Origin: an uncultured Solirubrobacterales bacterium
GTDB taxonomy: Bacteria > Actinomycetota > Thermoleophilia > Solirubrobacterales > Solirubrobacteraceae
Direction of reading: 5' to 3'
Length of the DNA: 64,000 nucleotides
Assembly: GCA_963757235.1 (NCBI GenBank)
Contig: CAVWRC010000010.1
Location: 218,009-282,008 of the forward strand
Shown: positions 16,978 to 26,619 of the stretch, piece by piece
Numbering within the stretch: the stretch's first letter is position 1
How the letters are laid out: every line of letters begins with the position of its first letter
Program-made: the position numbers and the translations under genes
The notes under the pieces: model-generated
Told to the model about the DNA's origin: nothing
Databases searched by the model: none
The model's input: only the letters and a program-made list of their open reading frames with translations

Positions 16978-17274
16978 ATGCCCTACTGGCGCGTCAAGCT
17001 CCCGCCCGGCGTTCGCTCGCCGTTCGAGGTCTACCTCAACGGCGTAAAGCAAGAGCTCGGGACCGATTACCGGGTCGCCGAGGGCGAGATGTTGTTCGAG
17101 CGCGAGGTGGTCCGGCAGCGACTGGGCGCCCGGGCCTGGTTCCTCGGCTTCTGGGGAATCGGGACCTACAAGCGCAACGACGAGATCGACATCCGCTACG
17201 AGGCCGGCGGGGAGGCGCACGTGGTCCAGGCCACGGAGATCACTCCTCCGGCACCCTCACCACCTCGCGCGTGA
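16978..17274 (+). CDS. hypothetical protein
   Basis: 98-aa ORF with coding-like codons, co-directional with the GNAT gene. Confidence 0.7.
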   Translation: MPYWRVKLPPGVRSPFEVYLNGVKQELGTDYRVAEGEMLFEREVVRQRLGARAWFLGFWGIGTYKRNDEIDIRYEAGGEAHVVQATEITPPAPSPPRA

Positions 17275-18151
17275 CCCACGGCCGCAGCAGGCGCAACGCG
17301 GCCAGGATGGCCCGGGTCGCCGGCGAGCGGTTGAGCGTGTAGAAGTGGATGCCGGGCGCGCCGCGCGCCAGGAGCTCGGCGCACTGGAGGGTCGCGTAGG
17401 AGACGCCGAGTTGCAGCACCTCACTGGGGAACGGCGCCCGTTTCTCGAGCTGCTTGAGGAGCGAGTCCGGGATAGATGCGCCGCACATATCGGTGAATCG
17501 CTTGATCTGTCCCACGTCGGTTATGGGCATGATCCCGGGGATGATCGGGACGTCGATCCCGGCGGCGCGCGCCTCCTCGACGAACCGGAAGTACGCCTCG
17601 TTGTCGAAGAACAGTTGGGTGATCAGGAAGGAAGCGCCGCTGTCCACCTTGTGCTTGAGGAAGCGCAGGTCGCTCGTCATGTCGGCCGCCTCGGGATGGA
17701 CCTCCGGGAAGCAGGCGGCCCCGATGCTCATCGAGTAGCGCTCATCGATCAGCGCGGCGAGCTCGCTCGAGTAGCGTAGCCCGCCCGGGTGCGGGCGCCA
17801 CTCGGTCTCGCCCCTGGGCGCGTCGCCACGCAGGGCGAGCACATTCTCGATCCCGGCATCGTCCAGGCTGTCGAGGATGACGCACAGTTCGTCGCGGGTG
17901 GCGCCCACGCAGCTCAGGTGCGCCATCACCTCGATCCCGAGCTCCCGCTTGATCCACTTCGTGAGCTCCAGCGTTAGACCGCGCGTGGAGCCGGCCGCCC
18001 CGTAGGTGACTGACACGAAATCCGGCTCAAGCTCGCGCAGCTCACCGAGCGCGTGGCGCAGGTTCTGCTCGCCCTCGTCCGTCTTGGGGGGGAAGAACTC
18101 GAAGGAGAAAACCGGCTCATCGGCCTCGGCGAGGATCTGATCTATGCGCAT
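17240..18151 (-). CDS. metF: 5,10-methylenetetrahydrofolate reductase
   Basis: SFEFFPPK, SVTYGAAG, ITQLFFD, HFYTLN. Confidence 0.95.
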   Translation of the reverse strand: MRIDQILAEADEPVFSFEFFPPKTDEGEQNLRHALGELRELEPDFVSVTYGAAGSTRGLTLELTKWIKRELGIEVMAHLSCVGATRDELCVILDSLDDAGIENVLALRGDAPRGETEWRPHPGGLRYSSELAALIDERYSMSIGAACFPEVHPEAADMTSDLRFLKHKVDSGASFLITQLFFDNEAYFRFVEEARAAGIDVPIIPGIMPITDVGQIKRFTDMCGASIPDSLLKQLEKRAPFPSEVLQLGVSYATLQCAELLARGAPGIHFYTLNRSPATRAILAALRLLRPWVTREVVRVPEE

Positions 18152-18167
18152 GGTCGGGCACCGTATC

Positions 18168-18193
18168 AACCTTGACACGACCGTGTCAAGGTT
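18168..18193. promoter_or_regulatory. perfect palindromic operator over the metF promoter
   Basis: AACCTTGACACG-ac-CGTGTCAAGGTT; on the minus strand TTGACA-N18-TACGGT-N8-ATG. Confidence 0.7.
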
Positions 18194-18197
18194 TGGT

Positions 18198-19205
18198 TCA
18201 GCGATCCGACAATTTTCCTACCCACCGCTCCACATCCCCATCGGATTCGCGGGCCACGTCGCCCAGCCGCTCGAGGTGGGTCAGGTAGCACAGGGTCTCG
18301 GGCAGCCACCAGCCGGCGTTGGCCTGGGTCAGCGGCTCTTCGTGCAGTCGCGGCGTGATCTCGAGCGCGGTCTTCGGTCCCTCGGCCACCGCCGCCCGCG
18401 TCGCCTCGAGCCGCTGGGCGACCAGACGGCGGTTGCCCTCGATGTGGCCGTGCACGTCCAGGAACGGCTTGCCGTGGCCCGACAATGCAAGCCGCGCGTC
18501 CAGTTCGTCGACCACGCCGAGCGAGGCCAGGAACTCGCCAATCGGATCGGGCGTCCACCCGTAGTCGAAGTACAACGAGATCCGTCCCATCACGTGGTCG
18601 CCCGAGATCAGCAGCCGGCGCTCGGCCTGGAAAAAGCAGACGTGGGAGGGCGCGTGCCCAGGGGTCTCGAACGTCGTCCAGGTCCCGAGATCGGTATCGA
18701 TTGTGACGCCTGCGATCAGAGGGCGGTCAGGCTCGATCACCCGCGCGATCCCGGACGGGTGCGCGCGGGCCTCCTCGGCATAGCGCTCGAGCGCCGACGC
18801 CGGCACGCCGCTCTGTCGCCCGATCTCAAGGCGACGGGCGAGCACGGAGTCGGGGTCCGCAGCCGCGACGAACCCGTGCTCGTGGTTGGGGTGCATCCAC
18901 ATCTCGCAGCCCGTCCGGTCGCAGATCGTCGCCGCCTGGCCCCAGTGGTCTGCGTGCGCGTGGGTGCAGACGACCAGCCGTACGTCGTCGACCCGCAAGC
19001 CCACCTGGGCCATCGCGCGCTCGATGTCATCCATCGACCCCGGCTCGTGCATCCCGGTGTCGACCAGCACGAGCCCGTCGTCCGCCGCGATCGCCCACGC
19101 GTTGCAGTGCGGTATCCCGGGGAACGGGAGAGGGAGGCGCAGCCGCCACAGGCCGGGTATGACCCGCTCTCCCCGCCCGAGCTCACGTGTGCGTGTGCGC
19201 GGCAT
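18198..19205 (-). CDS. MBL-fold metallo-hydrolase with C-terminal winged helix
   Basis: VDTG, THAHADH, PGHAPSH, SGDH, SGHG motifs. Confidence 0.88.
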   Translation of the reverse strand: MPRTRTRELGRGERVIPGLWRLRLPLPFPGIPHCNAWAIAADDGLVLVDTGMHEPGSMDDIERAMAQVGLRVDDVRLVVCTHAHADHWGQAATICDRTGCEMWMHPNHEHGFVAAADPDSVLARRLEIGRQSGVPASALERYAEEARAHPSGIARVIEPDRPLIAGVTIDTDLGTWTTFETPGHAPSHVCFFQAERRLLISGDHVMGRISLYFDYGWTPDPIGEFLASLGVVDELDARLALSGHGKPFLDVHGHIEGNRRLVAQRLEATRAAVAEGPKTALEITPRLHEEPLTQANAGWWLPETLCYLTHLERLGDVARESDGDVERWVGKLSDR

Positions 19206-19265
19206 CCGGTCGCGAACCCTAGTGGTCTCGACCGCACCGGAGACCGCCTACACTCAGCCGCTCCG

Positions 19266-20474
19266 ATGTCGAGCGCAGACGTCGCCAGGCGCTACTTCGA
19301 GGCCCTCGCCGCGCGTGACGTGGAGTCCGCGGTGGCGCTGTGGGCTCCCGGCGGCATCGAGCGCGTCGTCGGTCAGCGCGAGCTCACGGCCCCCGGCGGT
19401 GTCCGGGACTTCCAGAACGAGCTGTTCGGCGCGTTTCCCGATCTGCGCTGGGAGGTCCTCGACGTCGTCCCGTCAAACGGCCACGGCGACGGGGACGGCA
19501 AGGTCGCCGTCCGCTGGCGCGCCACCGGTACGTTCGCCGGCCCCGGGGCCTTCCAGGGCTTCGTGGCCAACGGAGCGCACCTCGAGATGGAGGGCTGCGA
19601 CGTCCTCACCGTCAACGCCGAGGGCAAGCTCGAGCACCTGGACGCGTATCTCGACAGTGCCGACGTCGCGCGCCAGCTGGGCGTGCTTCCGCCGGCCGGA
19701 TCATCGGCCGAGGCCGGCCTGACCAAGCTGGCCAACGCGGTCACCCGGGCCCGGTCCTGGGTCGGCGGCGGCGAGCCGCAGCGCATCGCCGAGGGCGTGT
19801 GGCTGGTCCAGGGCGGCATCCCCAAGACGATGAACGTCTATCTGATCGAGGAGCCGGACGGCGTCACCGTGTACGACGCGGGGGCGTCCGAGATGCTCGC
19901 GGTGGTGGCCCGCGCGGCGGCTCGTCTCGGGGGAGTCAAGCGGGTCGTCCTCGGTCATGCCGACGCCGATCATCGCGGCACGGCGCCGGGGCTCAAGGCG
20001 CCCGTCTACTGCCACGCCGGGGAGCGCGAGGCAGCCGAGTCGCCCGAGTCATATCGCCCGTATTGGGACCGTTCGAAGCTCGACGCCCGCGGACGCACCG
20101 TCCTCTGGCGGCTGATCGCGCGCTGGGACGGCGGCGCGGTCGAGATCGCCGGCACCCTCGACGAGGGCGACGAGGTCGCCGGGTTCCGCGTCGTCCACCT
20201 GCCCGGCCACGCCCCGGGTCTGATTGCGCTCTTCCGCGACTCCGACCGTCTCGCCCTGGTCTCGGACACGATTTACACCCTCGATCCCCAGAGCGGACGC
20301 CACGAGCCCGCCCACGTTCCCCATCCGGCGTTCAACCAGGACACCCAGCAGGCCCGCGCAGCGATCCGCAAGCTGGCCGCGCTCGATCCCGTGACCGTGT
20401 GGGCAGGTCACGCCGAGCCCGTGACCGGCGACGTCCAGGCTCAGCTCGAGCGCGCAGCGAGCGCGCCGGCGTGA
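19266..20474 (+). CDS. SnoaL-like (NTF2) domain fused to an MBL-fold hydrolase
   Basis: N-term ARRYFEAL...AFPDLRWEV...RWRATGT; C-term YDAG, HADADH, PGHAPG, WAGH. Start MSSAD at 19266. Confidence 0.82.
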   Translation: MSSADVARRYFEALAARDVESAVALWAPGGIERVVGQRELTAPGGVRDFQNELFGAFPDLRWEVLDVVPSNGHGDGDGKVAVRWRATGTFAGPGAFQGFVANGAHLEMEGCDVLTVNAEGKLEHLDAYLDSADVARQLGVLPPAGSSAEAGLTKLANAVTRARSWVGGGEPQRIAEGVWLVQGGIPKTMNVYLIEEPDGVTVYDAGASEMLAVVARAAARLGGVKRVVLGHADADHRGTAPGLKAPVYCHAGEREAAESPESYRPYWDRSKLDARGRTVLWRLIARWDGGAVEIAGTLDEGDEVAGFRVVHLPGHAPGLIALFRDSDRLALVSDTIYTLDPQSGRHEPAHVPHPAFNQDTQQARAAIRKLAALDPVTVWAGHAEPVTGDVQAQLERAASAPA

Positions 20475-20481
20475 TCGCACC

Positions 20482-20832
20482 GTGGCCAAGCAGCGAAAGC
20501 GCCAGCGCGAGAAGCTTGCCGCTCCGACGTCCGAGTACCGCGACCCCGAGGGCAACGTGCTGACGCTGCGCGGATCGCTGACGCCCGGCGCTCGACGCGA
20601 GTACGCCGAGATCCTGAGCGGCGGCCTGAATCGCGAGGACGCCTGGCAGCGGGCCACCGAGCTGCTGTTCGAGCGCCTGGCCGTCGGCTGGACGATCTCC
20701 GGCCTGGAGATCACCCGCCAGAAGGAGCTGCTCGGCCGCTATCGGATGGCCACCGACGACGAGCGGCGCTTCGTGCGCGACACCCTGCGCGAGCACGCCG
20801 CCGAGCACTTCCCGGAGCTCGCGGCGCCGTGA
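20482..20832 (+). CDS. hypothetical protein
   Basis: 116 aa; stop overlaps the next start (GTGA). Confidence 0.7.
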   Translation: MAKQRKRQREKLAAPTSEYRDPEGNVLTLRGSLTPGARREYAEILSGGLNREDAWQRATELLFERLAVGWTISGLEITRQKELLGRYRMATDDERRFVRDTLREHAAEHFPELAAP

Positions 20833-21893
20833 TCGACCCCGACGCCTTCGCCGCGCTGCTGTGCGATTGGTGCCTGGACGTGCGCGAGCGCCAGTCGGTC
20901 CTGGTGTCCACCACGCCGCGCGCCGCGCCGCTCCTCCGGGCCTTCCACCGGGCGTGGATCACCCGCGGCGGATGGCCGCCTGCGCTGCGAATCGCGATCC
21001 CTGGCGTGGCCGAGGACTTCTATCGCCTGGCCGGCGACGAGCTGCTCGATAACTATTCGCCGCAGGACATGGCGGACGCCAAGCAGGCCGACGCGTTCCT
21101 CGCCATCCAGGCGCCGGAAAACACCCGCGCCCTTTCTGGCGTCGATCCGGTCCTCATCGCGCGCTCCTCCCGCGCGCTGGAGCCGGTCCGGGAGGTGCGC
21201 ATGTCGAAGCGGTGGTGCGGCACGATCTGGCCGACGCCCGCCCTCGCGCAGCACGCCGGCATGAGCGACGACGACTACGCCGCGTTCGTCAACCGCGCCC
21301 TGTTCCTCGACCGGCCCGACCCGGCGGCGGCGTGGCGCGAGCTGAACGACCTCCAGGCGGCCCTGGTCGATCGCCTGAACCAGGCGCGCGAGATCCGGAT
21401 CGAGGCCGAGGGCACCGACGTCCGCCTGCGCGTCGAGGGCCGGACGTGGATCAACTCCAACGGCAAGCGCAACATGCCGAGCGGCGAGGTCTTCACGGGC
21501 CCGCTCGAGGACTCGGCCACCGGCACCATCCGCTTCACGATCCCCTCGAGCCCGCGTGGGGTGCTCGTCGAGGGCGTCGAGCTGACGTTTGAGGAGGGCA
21601 AGGTTGTGCGCGCTGCCGCTGACCGCGGCCAGGACTACCTCGACGCCGCGCTCGCCACCGACGACGGCGCCCCCTTCCTCGGCGAGCTCGGGATCGGCAC
21701 CAACGCCGGCGTCGACCGGCCCACCGGGTCGACCCTGCTCGACGAGAAGATGGCCGGCACCGTGCACCTCGCACTGGGCGCGTCGTATCCGGAGACCGGC
21801 GGGCGCAACACGTCGGCGCTGCACTGGGACCTGATCTGCGATCTCCGCACCGGGGGCCGGCTGACCGCCGACGGAGAGCCGATCGAGGCCTGA
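20829..21893 (+). CDS. M29 (AmpS/thermophilic-type) aminopeptidase
   Basis: NMPSGEVFTGP, GELGIGTN, DEKMAGTVHLALG, SALHWD. Confidence 0.92.
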   Translation: MIDPDAFAALLCDWCLDVRERQSVLVSTTPRAAPLLRAFHRAWITRGGWPPALRIAIPGVAEDFYRLAGDELLDNYSPQDMADAKQADAFLAIQAPENTRALSGVDPVLIARSSRALEPVREVRMSKRWCGTIWPTPALAQHAGMSDDDYAAFVNRALFLDRPDPAAAWRELNDLQAALVDRLNQAREIRIEAEGTDVRLRVEGRTWINSNGKRNMPSGEVFTGPLEDSATGTIRFTIPSSPRGVLVEGVELTFEEGKVVRAAADRGQDYLDAALATDDGAPFLGELGIGTNAGVDRPTGSTLLDEKMAGTVHLALGASYPETGGRNTSALHWDLICDLRTGGRLTADGEPIEA

Positions 21894-21946
21894 GTTCACA
21901 CGGTCGTTAACCAGCCGCAACACGCCGTGCAGTAGCTTCCCGGGCA

Positions 21947-23356
21947 ATGCGCCGCACCAAGATCGTCGCCACCATCGGCCCCGCCTCCCGAGACCTCGAA
22001 ACGCTGACCCGCATGGTCGCGGCGGGCATGGACGTGGCCCGCCTGAACTTCTCCCACGGCAACCGGGAGATGCACGCCGAGAACGCCGAGCTGGTCCGCC
22101 GAGCTGCGGCGGCGGCCGGCCGCCAGGTGGCGATCCTCCAGGACCTGCCGGGCCCCAAGATCCGCATCGGCCGGCTCGAGGACGACACCGTCGAGCTCAA
22201 GCCGGGAGAGAAGCTCGTGCTGCTGTGCGATGACGGAGCCTCGCTCGGCAACGGGGCGCGGATGTCGGTCTCTTGGAAGGGGCTCGCGAGCGCGGTCGAC
22301 CCCGAGGACATCATCTACCTGGCCGACGGGGCGATCCGCCTGCGCGTCAAGACCGTGCGCGAGGGCGACGGCGAGGTCGAGACCGCGGTCGAGATCGGCG
22401 GGAGCGTGAGCACGCGCCAGGGCCTGAATATCCCCGGTTCGACGCGCGGCCTGCCCGCCGTCCCCGAGGAGGACATCGACATGCTGCACTTCGGCGAGTC
22501 GATCGGGGTCGATCTGGTCGCACTGTCGTTCGTGCGTACGGCCGAGGACGTGACCAGCGTGCGCCGGCACACCCGCCTGCCGCTGATCGCCAAGATCGAG
22601 AAGCCCCAGGCGGTCGACGCCGCCGAGGAGATCATCCGCGCCGCCGACTGCGTCATGGTCGCGCGTGGGGACCTGGGGATCGAGCTGCCGATCGAGGACG
22701 TCCCGATCGTCCAGAAGCAGCTCCTGCGCACCGCCGGCAAGCTGGCCCGGCCGGCGATCACCGCGACTCAGATGCTCGACTCGATGGTCAACTCCTCGCG
22801 CCCGACCCGCGCCGAGGTCGCCGACGTGGCCAACGCGATCCTCGACGGCACCGATGCCGTGATGCTCTCCCAGGAGAGCGCGGTCGGCTCCTACCCGGTG
22901 GAGGCGGTGTCGATGATGGCCGCCGTCGCCGAGCGGACCGAGCACACGCTGCCGTACCGGACCTGGAACGAGGAGCGCGTGCGCCGCGACGCCCGCGACC
23001 CCGCCTACACGATCGCCTACAGCGCCTGTGCCGCCGCGCGCGACCTGCACCTGGCCGCGCTGGTCGTTCCCACCCTTTCCGGGCGTTCGGCGCGCCTGAT
23101 CTCGGCCCATCGCCCCCAGGTGCCGATCTACGCGCTCTCCCCAGGCAAGGAGACCGTGCGGCGCTGCAGCCTGATGTGGGGCGTCGAGGCCGGCGCAATG
23201 CGCCGCCACGAGGTGACCGAGATGCTGATCGCCGACGCGGCCAAGCGCGTCGTCGAGCTCGGCTGGGTCAAGCCGGGCGCGCGCGTCGGGATCACCGCCG
23301 GGTTGCCATCCGGTCGCCCCGGAACGACCAGCCTGTTCCAGATCCAGCGGGTTTGA
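21947..23356 (+). CDS. pyk: pyruvate kinase
   Basis: RRTKIVATIGP, RLNFSHG, MVARGDLG, ATQMLDSM, DAVMLSQESA. Confidence 0.97.
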   Translation: MRRTKIVATIGPASRDLETLTRMVAAGMDVARLNFSHGNREMHAENAELVRRAAAAAGRQVAILQDLPGPKIRIGRLEDDTVELKPGEKLVLLCDDGASLGNGARMSVSWKGLASAVDPEDIIYLADGAIRLRVKTVREGDGEVETAVEIGGSVSTRQGLNIPGSTRGLPAVPEEDIDMLHFGESIGVDLVALSFVRTAEDVTSVRRHTRLPLIAKIEKPQAVDAAEEIIRAADCVMVARGDLGIELPIEDVPIVQKQLLRTAGKLARPAITATQMLDSMVNSSRPTRAEVADVANAILDGTDAVMLSQESAVGSYPVEAVSMMAAVAERTEHTLPYRTWNEERVRRDARDPAYTIAYSACAAARDLHLAALVVPTLSGRSARLISAHRPQVPIYALSPGKETVRRCSLMWGVEAGAMRRHEVTEMLIADAAKRVVELGWVKPGARVGITAGLPSGRPGTTSLFQIQRV

Positions 23357-23649
23357 TTAGGGCCGCGCGCCTGCGTCCCGCGCTCCGGTGTGTGCCGGCG
23401 CTCCGGGGCGCGCGTCATCCATGGGGCCGGTTGCGCGCGGCATCCCTGCCGCGCGCCTCGAGCTGACCGCGCCTGCCCTGCCCGATTCCACGCCGACCGG
23501 GAAAAATCCGGCATTCCCGGGTTCGGGTTGCACCGCCGCTAATTCCGGATTTCTTCTCCCCAACCGGAGTTATCCGTCGCTAGCCGCGTGGACGCGCAGT
23601 AATGGCGGAAATTTCCCGTTTCGGGGCGGAGCAGCGGGGTCCGGACGGT

Positions 23650-25032
23650 TCAGGCGACCTTGCGCCCGTAGAACTCGGCTTCCTGCTCGCCCAGCTCGGT
23701 CGCGGGTGGGTCGTCGTAGAACCACTCCCGAGCGACCCGGTGGAAGTTGCCGCGCGCGTGGAGCTGTGCCAGCACGGCCAGCGTGAGCACCTCCATCCGC
23801 CGCCCGAAGATGTGATCCGGCGGCGCGGACTCGTGGCGGAGCTGCCCGAAGTACTCCGAGCGCGGATCGCTCATGTCGATCAGCACCTGGGTGGCGTAGT
23901 CCGGGGTCAGCTCGGTGTACTGGTCAACGGTGTACCACGAGGTCGCGGCGCGGAAGTGGGCCAGCACCCGCTGGGGGTCGAACTTGTCAGGATCCGGGAA
24001 GAAGCCGATCTCGGAGCCCAGCCGCATGATCGTGTCGGTGTCGCCCTCGATGATCGCCCGCGCGACCTGGATCTCGAGCTCGACCGCGCCCGGTGGCATC
24101 CGCTTGAACAACCCGAAATCGAAGAAGACCATGCGCCCGTCATCGAGCAGTGCCGAGTTGCCGGGGTGGGGGTCGCCCGAGAACTGGTGGTGGCGGTATA
24201 GCGACCCGAAGTAAAAGCGGAACAGGATCTCGCCGATGCGGTCGCGTTCGTCCTGGGGATACTGCTTGAGCTCCTCGAACCCCGTGCCGTGGACGTACTC
24301 GCTCACCATCACCCGTTCGCGGGAGAGGGACGTGACCACGTCGGGGATTACGATGAACGGGTGGCCCCGGAAGATGCGCGCCATCGTGCGCTGGTTCTGG
24401 GCCTCGAGCTCGTAGTCGAGTTCGTCGTGGATCCGCTCGGAGATCTCGCGCCCGATCGCCCCGGGATCGAGGCCCGGTGCGATCCGCTTGGCCAGTCGCA
24501 GGATCAGCCCGAGGTTCTGCATGTCCGAGCGGACGGCCGCCGCGACGCCCGGGTACTGGACCTTGACCGCCACGTCGCGCCCGTCGTGCAGGCTCGCGTG
24601 GTACACCTGCCCGATCGACGCCGCCGCGATCGGCTCCTCGTCGAACTCGGCGAACACCTCCTTCAGCGGCTCGTCGAGCTCCTCCTCGATCACCTTGCGC
24701 ATGTCCTTGAAGGCGACGTTGGGGGCGGCGTCGCGCAGCGCCGCGAGCTTGCGCTGGAACTCGTCGCGGTACTCGTCGGGCACCAGACCGACGTCGAGGA
24801 AGGACAGCACCTGCCCGACCTTCATCGCCGCGCCCTTCATCGTCCCGAGCGCGGTCACGATCTGCTCGGCCGCCTCGACCTGGCGCTTCTCGAGGGCGAC
24901 CTTGCGCTGCTCCCCTGACCGGGTGACGTTGGCCGCACGGGTGCCCGCCTGGCGGATCGCCTGCCCCGCCGCTAGCCCCCCGATCCTGGCGGTGCGCCCC
25001 ACACGGGAGGTGGGGATCTTGTCCTTCGCCAC
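23650..25032 (-). CDS. ABC1/AarF/UbiB atypical kinase
   Basis: MKGAAMKVGQ, AAASIGQVY, VAVKVQYPG, DPHPGN, DFG. Confidence 0.93.
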   Translation of the reverse strand: MAKDKIPTSRVGRTARIGGLAAGQAIRQAGTRAANVTRSGEQRKVALEKRQVEAAEQIVTALGTMKGAAMKVGQVLSFLDVGLVPDEYRDEFQRKLAALRDAAPNVAFKDMRKVIEEELDEPLKEVFAEFDEEPIAAASIGQVYHASLHDGRDVAVKVQYPGVAAAVRSDMQNLGLILRLAKRIAPGLDPGAIGREISERIHDELDYELEAQNQRTMARIFRGHPFIVIPDVVTSLSRERVMVSEYVHGTGFEELKQYPQDERDRIGEILFRFYFGSLYRHHQFSGDPHPGNSALLDDGRMVFFDFGLFKRMPPGAVELEIQVARAIIEGDTDTIMRLGSEIGFFPDPDKFDPQRVLAHFRAATSWYTVDQYTELTPDYATQVLIDMSDPRSEYFGQLRHESAPPDHIFGRRMEVLTLAVLAQLHARGNFHRVAREWFYDDPPATELGEQEAEFYGRKVA

Positions 25033-25086
25033 GGCCCTAGATGCTAGCTGGCTGCGATTCCGCGACCCTGCGGTCGGTAGGGGGCT

Positions 25087-25839
25087 TCACATCCGCAGGT
25101 ACGAAGCGCCGTTGACATCGAGCACCGTGCCGCTGGCCAGCTCCGCCTCGGGCGAGGCCAGATACAGCACCGCGGCCGCGACCTCATCCGGCGTGGCCAC
25201 CCGGCCGAGCGGACTCTCGGCGCGTCGTCTGCGGCCGCTCTCGCCCTCGAGCTCGCTCGCGGCCATCTCGGTCTCGACGAAGCCCGGCGCCACCGCGGTG
25301 ACCGCGATCCGCCGCTCGCCGAGCGCGCGGGCCAGCGACTGCCCGAACGCGATCAGGCCAGCCTTGCTCGCCCCATACGCCGGGTGGTTGGGCTCGCCGC
25401 GGAACGCCCCGCGCGACGAGACGTTGACGATCCGCCCGCCGGCGCCCATGTGGCGCAGGACGCACCAGGTGACGTTGGCAGCGCCCACGAGGTTCACGTC
25501 CAGGGTGTGCCGCCACGCCGCCTGCCACTCCTCATACGTCGTCTCGGTGGCCGCGTGAGGCTCGAACACGCCGGCGTTGTTGACGAGCACGTCGATGCCG
25601 CCGAGCGCCCCGGCGACCTCGTCGACCATGAAGCGGACGGCGTCGGGATCGGCCAGGTCGGCGCCGGCCACGACGTGCCCGTCGCCCGGGAGCGCTTCGA
25701 GCACGCTCAGCGCGGCATCGTGGCGCGACCCGTAGTGGACGCCGACCCGGTCGCCACCAGCCGCGAACGCCCGAGCCACCGCGGCGCCGATTCCCCGGGA
25801 CGCGCCGGTGACGAGCACCGCCCGGCCGCCGGCCGCCAC
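25087..25839 (-). CDS. SDR oxidoreductase (FabG-like)
   Basis: TGASRGIG, NNAG, YGASK. Confidence 0.92.
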   Translation of the reverse strand: MAAGGRAVLVTGASRGIGAAVARAFAAGGDRVGVHYGSRHDAALSVLEALPGDGHVVAGADLADPDAVRFMVDEVAGALGGIDVLVNNAGVFEPHAATETTYEEWQAAWRHTLDVNLVGAANVTWCVLRHMGAGGRIVNVSSRGAFRGEPNHPAYGASKAGLIAFGQSLARALGERRIAVTAVAPGFVETEMAASELEGESGRRRRAESPLGRVATPDEVAAAVLYLASPEAELASGTVLDVNGASYLRM

Positions 25840-25840
25840 G

Positions 25841-26587
25841 CTAACTACTGCGCTCCACGCGCGAGCCGGGCACGATGTCGTCCGAACCGTCCGCCCAGCG
25901 CACCCACGCCTTGTGGCCGCCGTCGTAGTCGTCGCCGAACAGGATCAGCGTCGCCGGCTGGCCGAGCGCGGTGCACGGCTCTTCGCCCTCGGGATCGAGG
26001 CCGCGCCAGATGCGCACGAACGCGTTGTGCTCGAGTTCGTCGGCCACGGTCGTCGGGTCCGTGTGGCCGGGATGAACGCGCGTCGCACCCGGCAACTTCA
26101 GGAGCTTGTCCATGATCGATGACTTCAGGTCGGCGTAGCCGCTCGCGCCGGGCGCCCGGACCCCGCCCACCGAGCCCTTGAACAGCGTGTCGCCGGTGAA
26201 CACGTCTGAGCCGTTCACGAGCAGCGACAGCATGCCCGCGGTGTGGCCGGGCGTGTGGATCGGCTCGATCTCCAGAGCGCCCGAGACGATCTTCTCTCCC
26301 GGGACCATCGTGCCGGTCGCCGCCGGCACCTCGGCGCGCTCGAGCTCGTGGATCAGCACCGGCGTGCTGGGATGGCGCGCGAGCACATCCCCGACCTGCG
26401 ACACGTGGTCGTGGTGGCGGTGCGTGAGCAACAGGTGCGTGAGCGTGAGTTGGCCCCGATCGAGGAACTCGAGCAGCGGCGCCACCGGCCCGCCGGCGTC
26501 GATCATCACCGCGTGCCCTCCGGGCTCGTCCGCCACCACGTAGGTGTTCGACAGAAAGTCATCGTTCATCGAGCGCTCGACGATCAC
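25841..26587 (-). CDS. MBL-fold hydrolase (glyoxalase II-like)
   Basis: THRHHDH, TPGHT, TGDTLF, PGH. Confidence 0.88.
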   Translation of the reverse strand: MIVERSMNDDFLSNTYVVADEPGGHAVMIDAGGPVAPLLEFLDRGQLTLTHLLLTHRHHDHVSQVGDVLARHPSTPVLIHELERAEVPAATGTMVPGEKIVSGALEIEPIHTPGHTAGMLSLLVNGSDVFTGDTLFKGSVGGVRAPGASGYADLKSSIMDKLLKLPGATRVHPGHTDPTTVADELEHNAFVRIWRGLDPEGEEPCTALGQPATLILFGDDYDGGHKAWVRWADGSDDIVPGSRVERSS

Positions 26588-26619
26588 GATCCGGAGCCTA
26601 CTCGTTAGCCTGCGCAGTT

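Noticed and set aside
18144-19265. Long 5' extensions of track ORFs (18144-20474, also 36014-38788, 57278-58972, 46476-48113, 43233-44621, 254-2470)
   Set aside because: The extensions overlap other real genes; the true starts are internal, supported by -10/RBS signals or stop-start overlaps.
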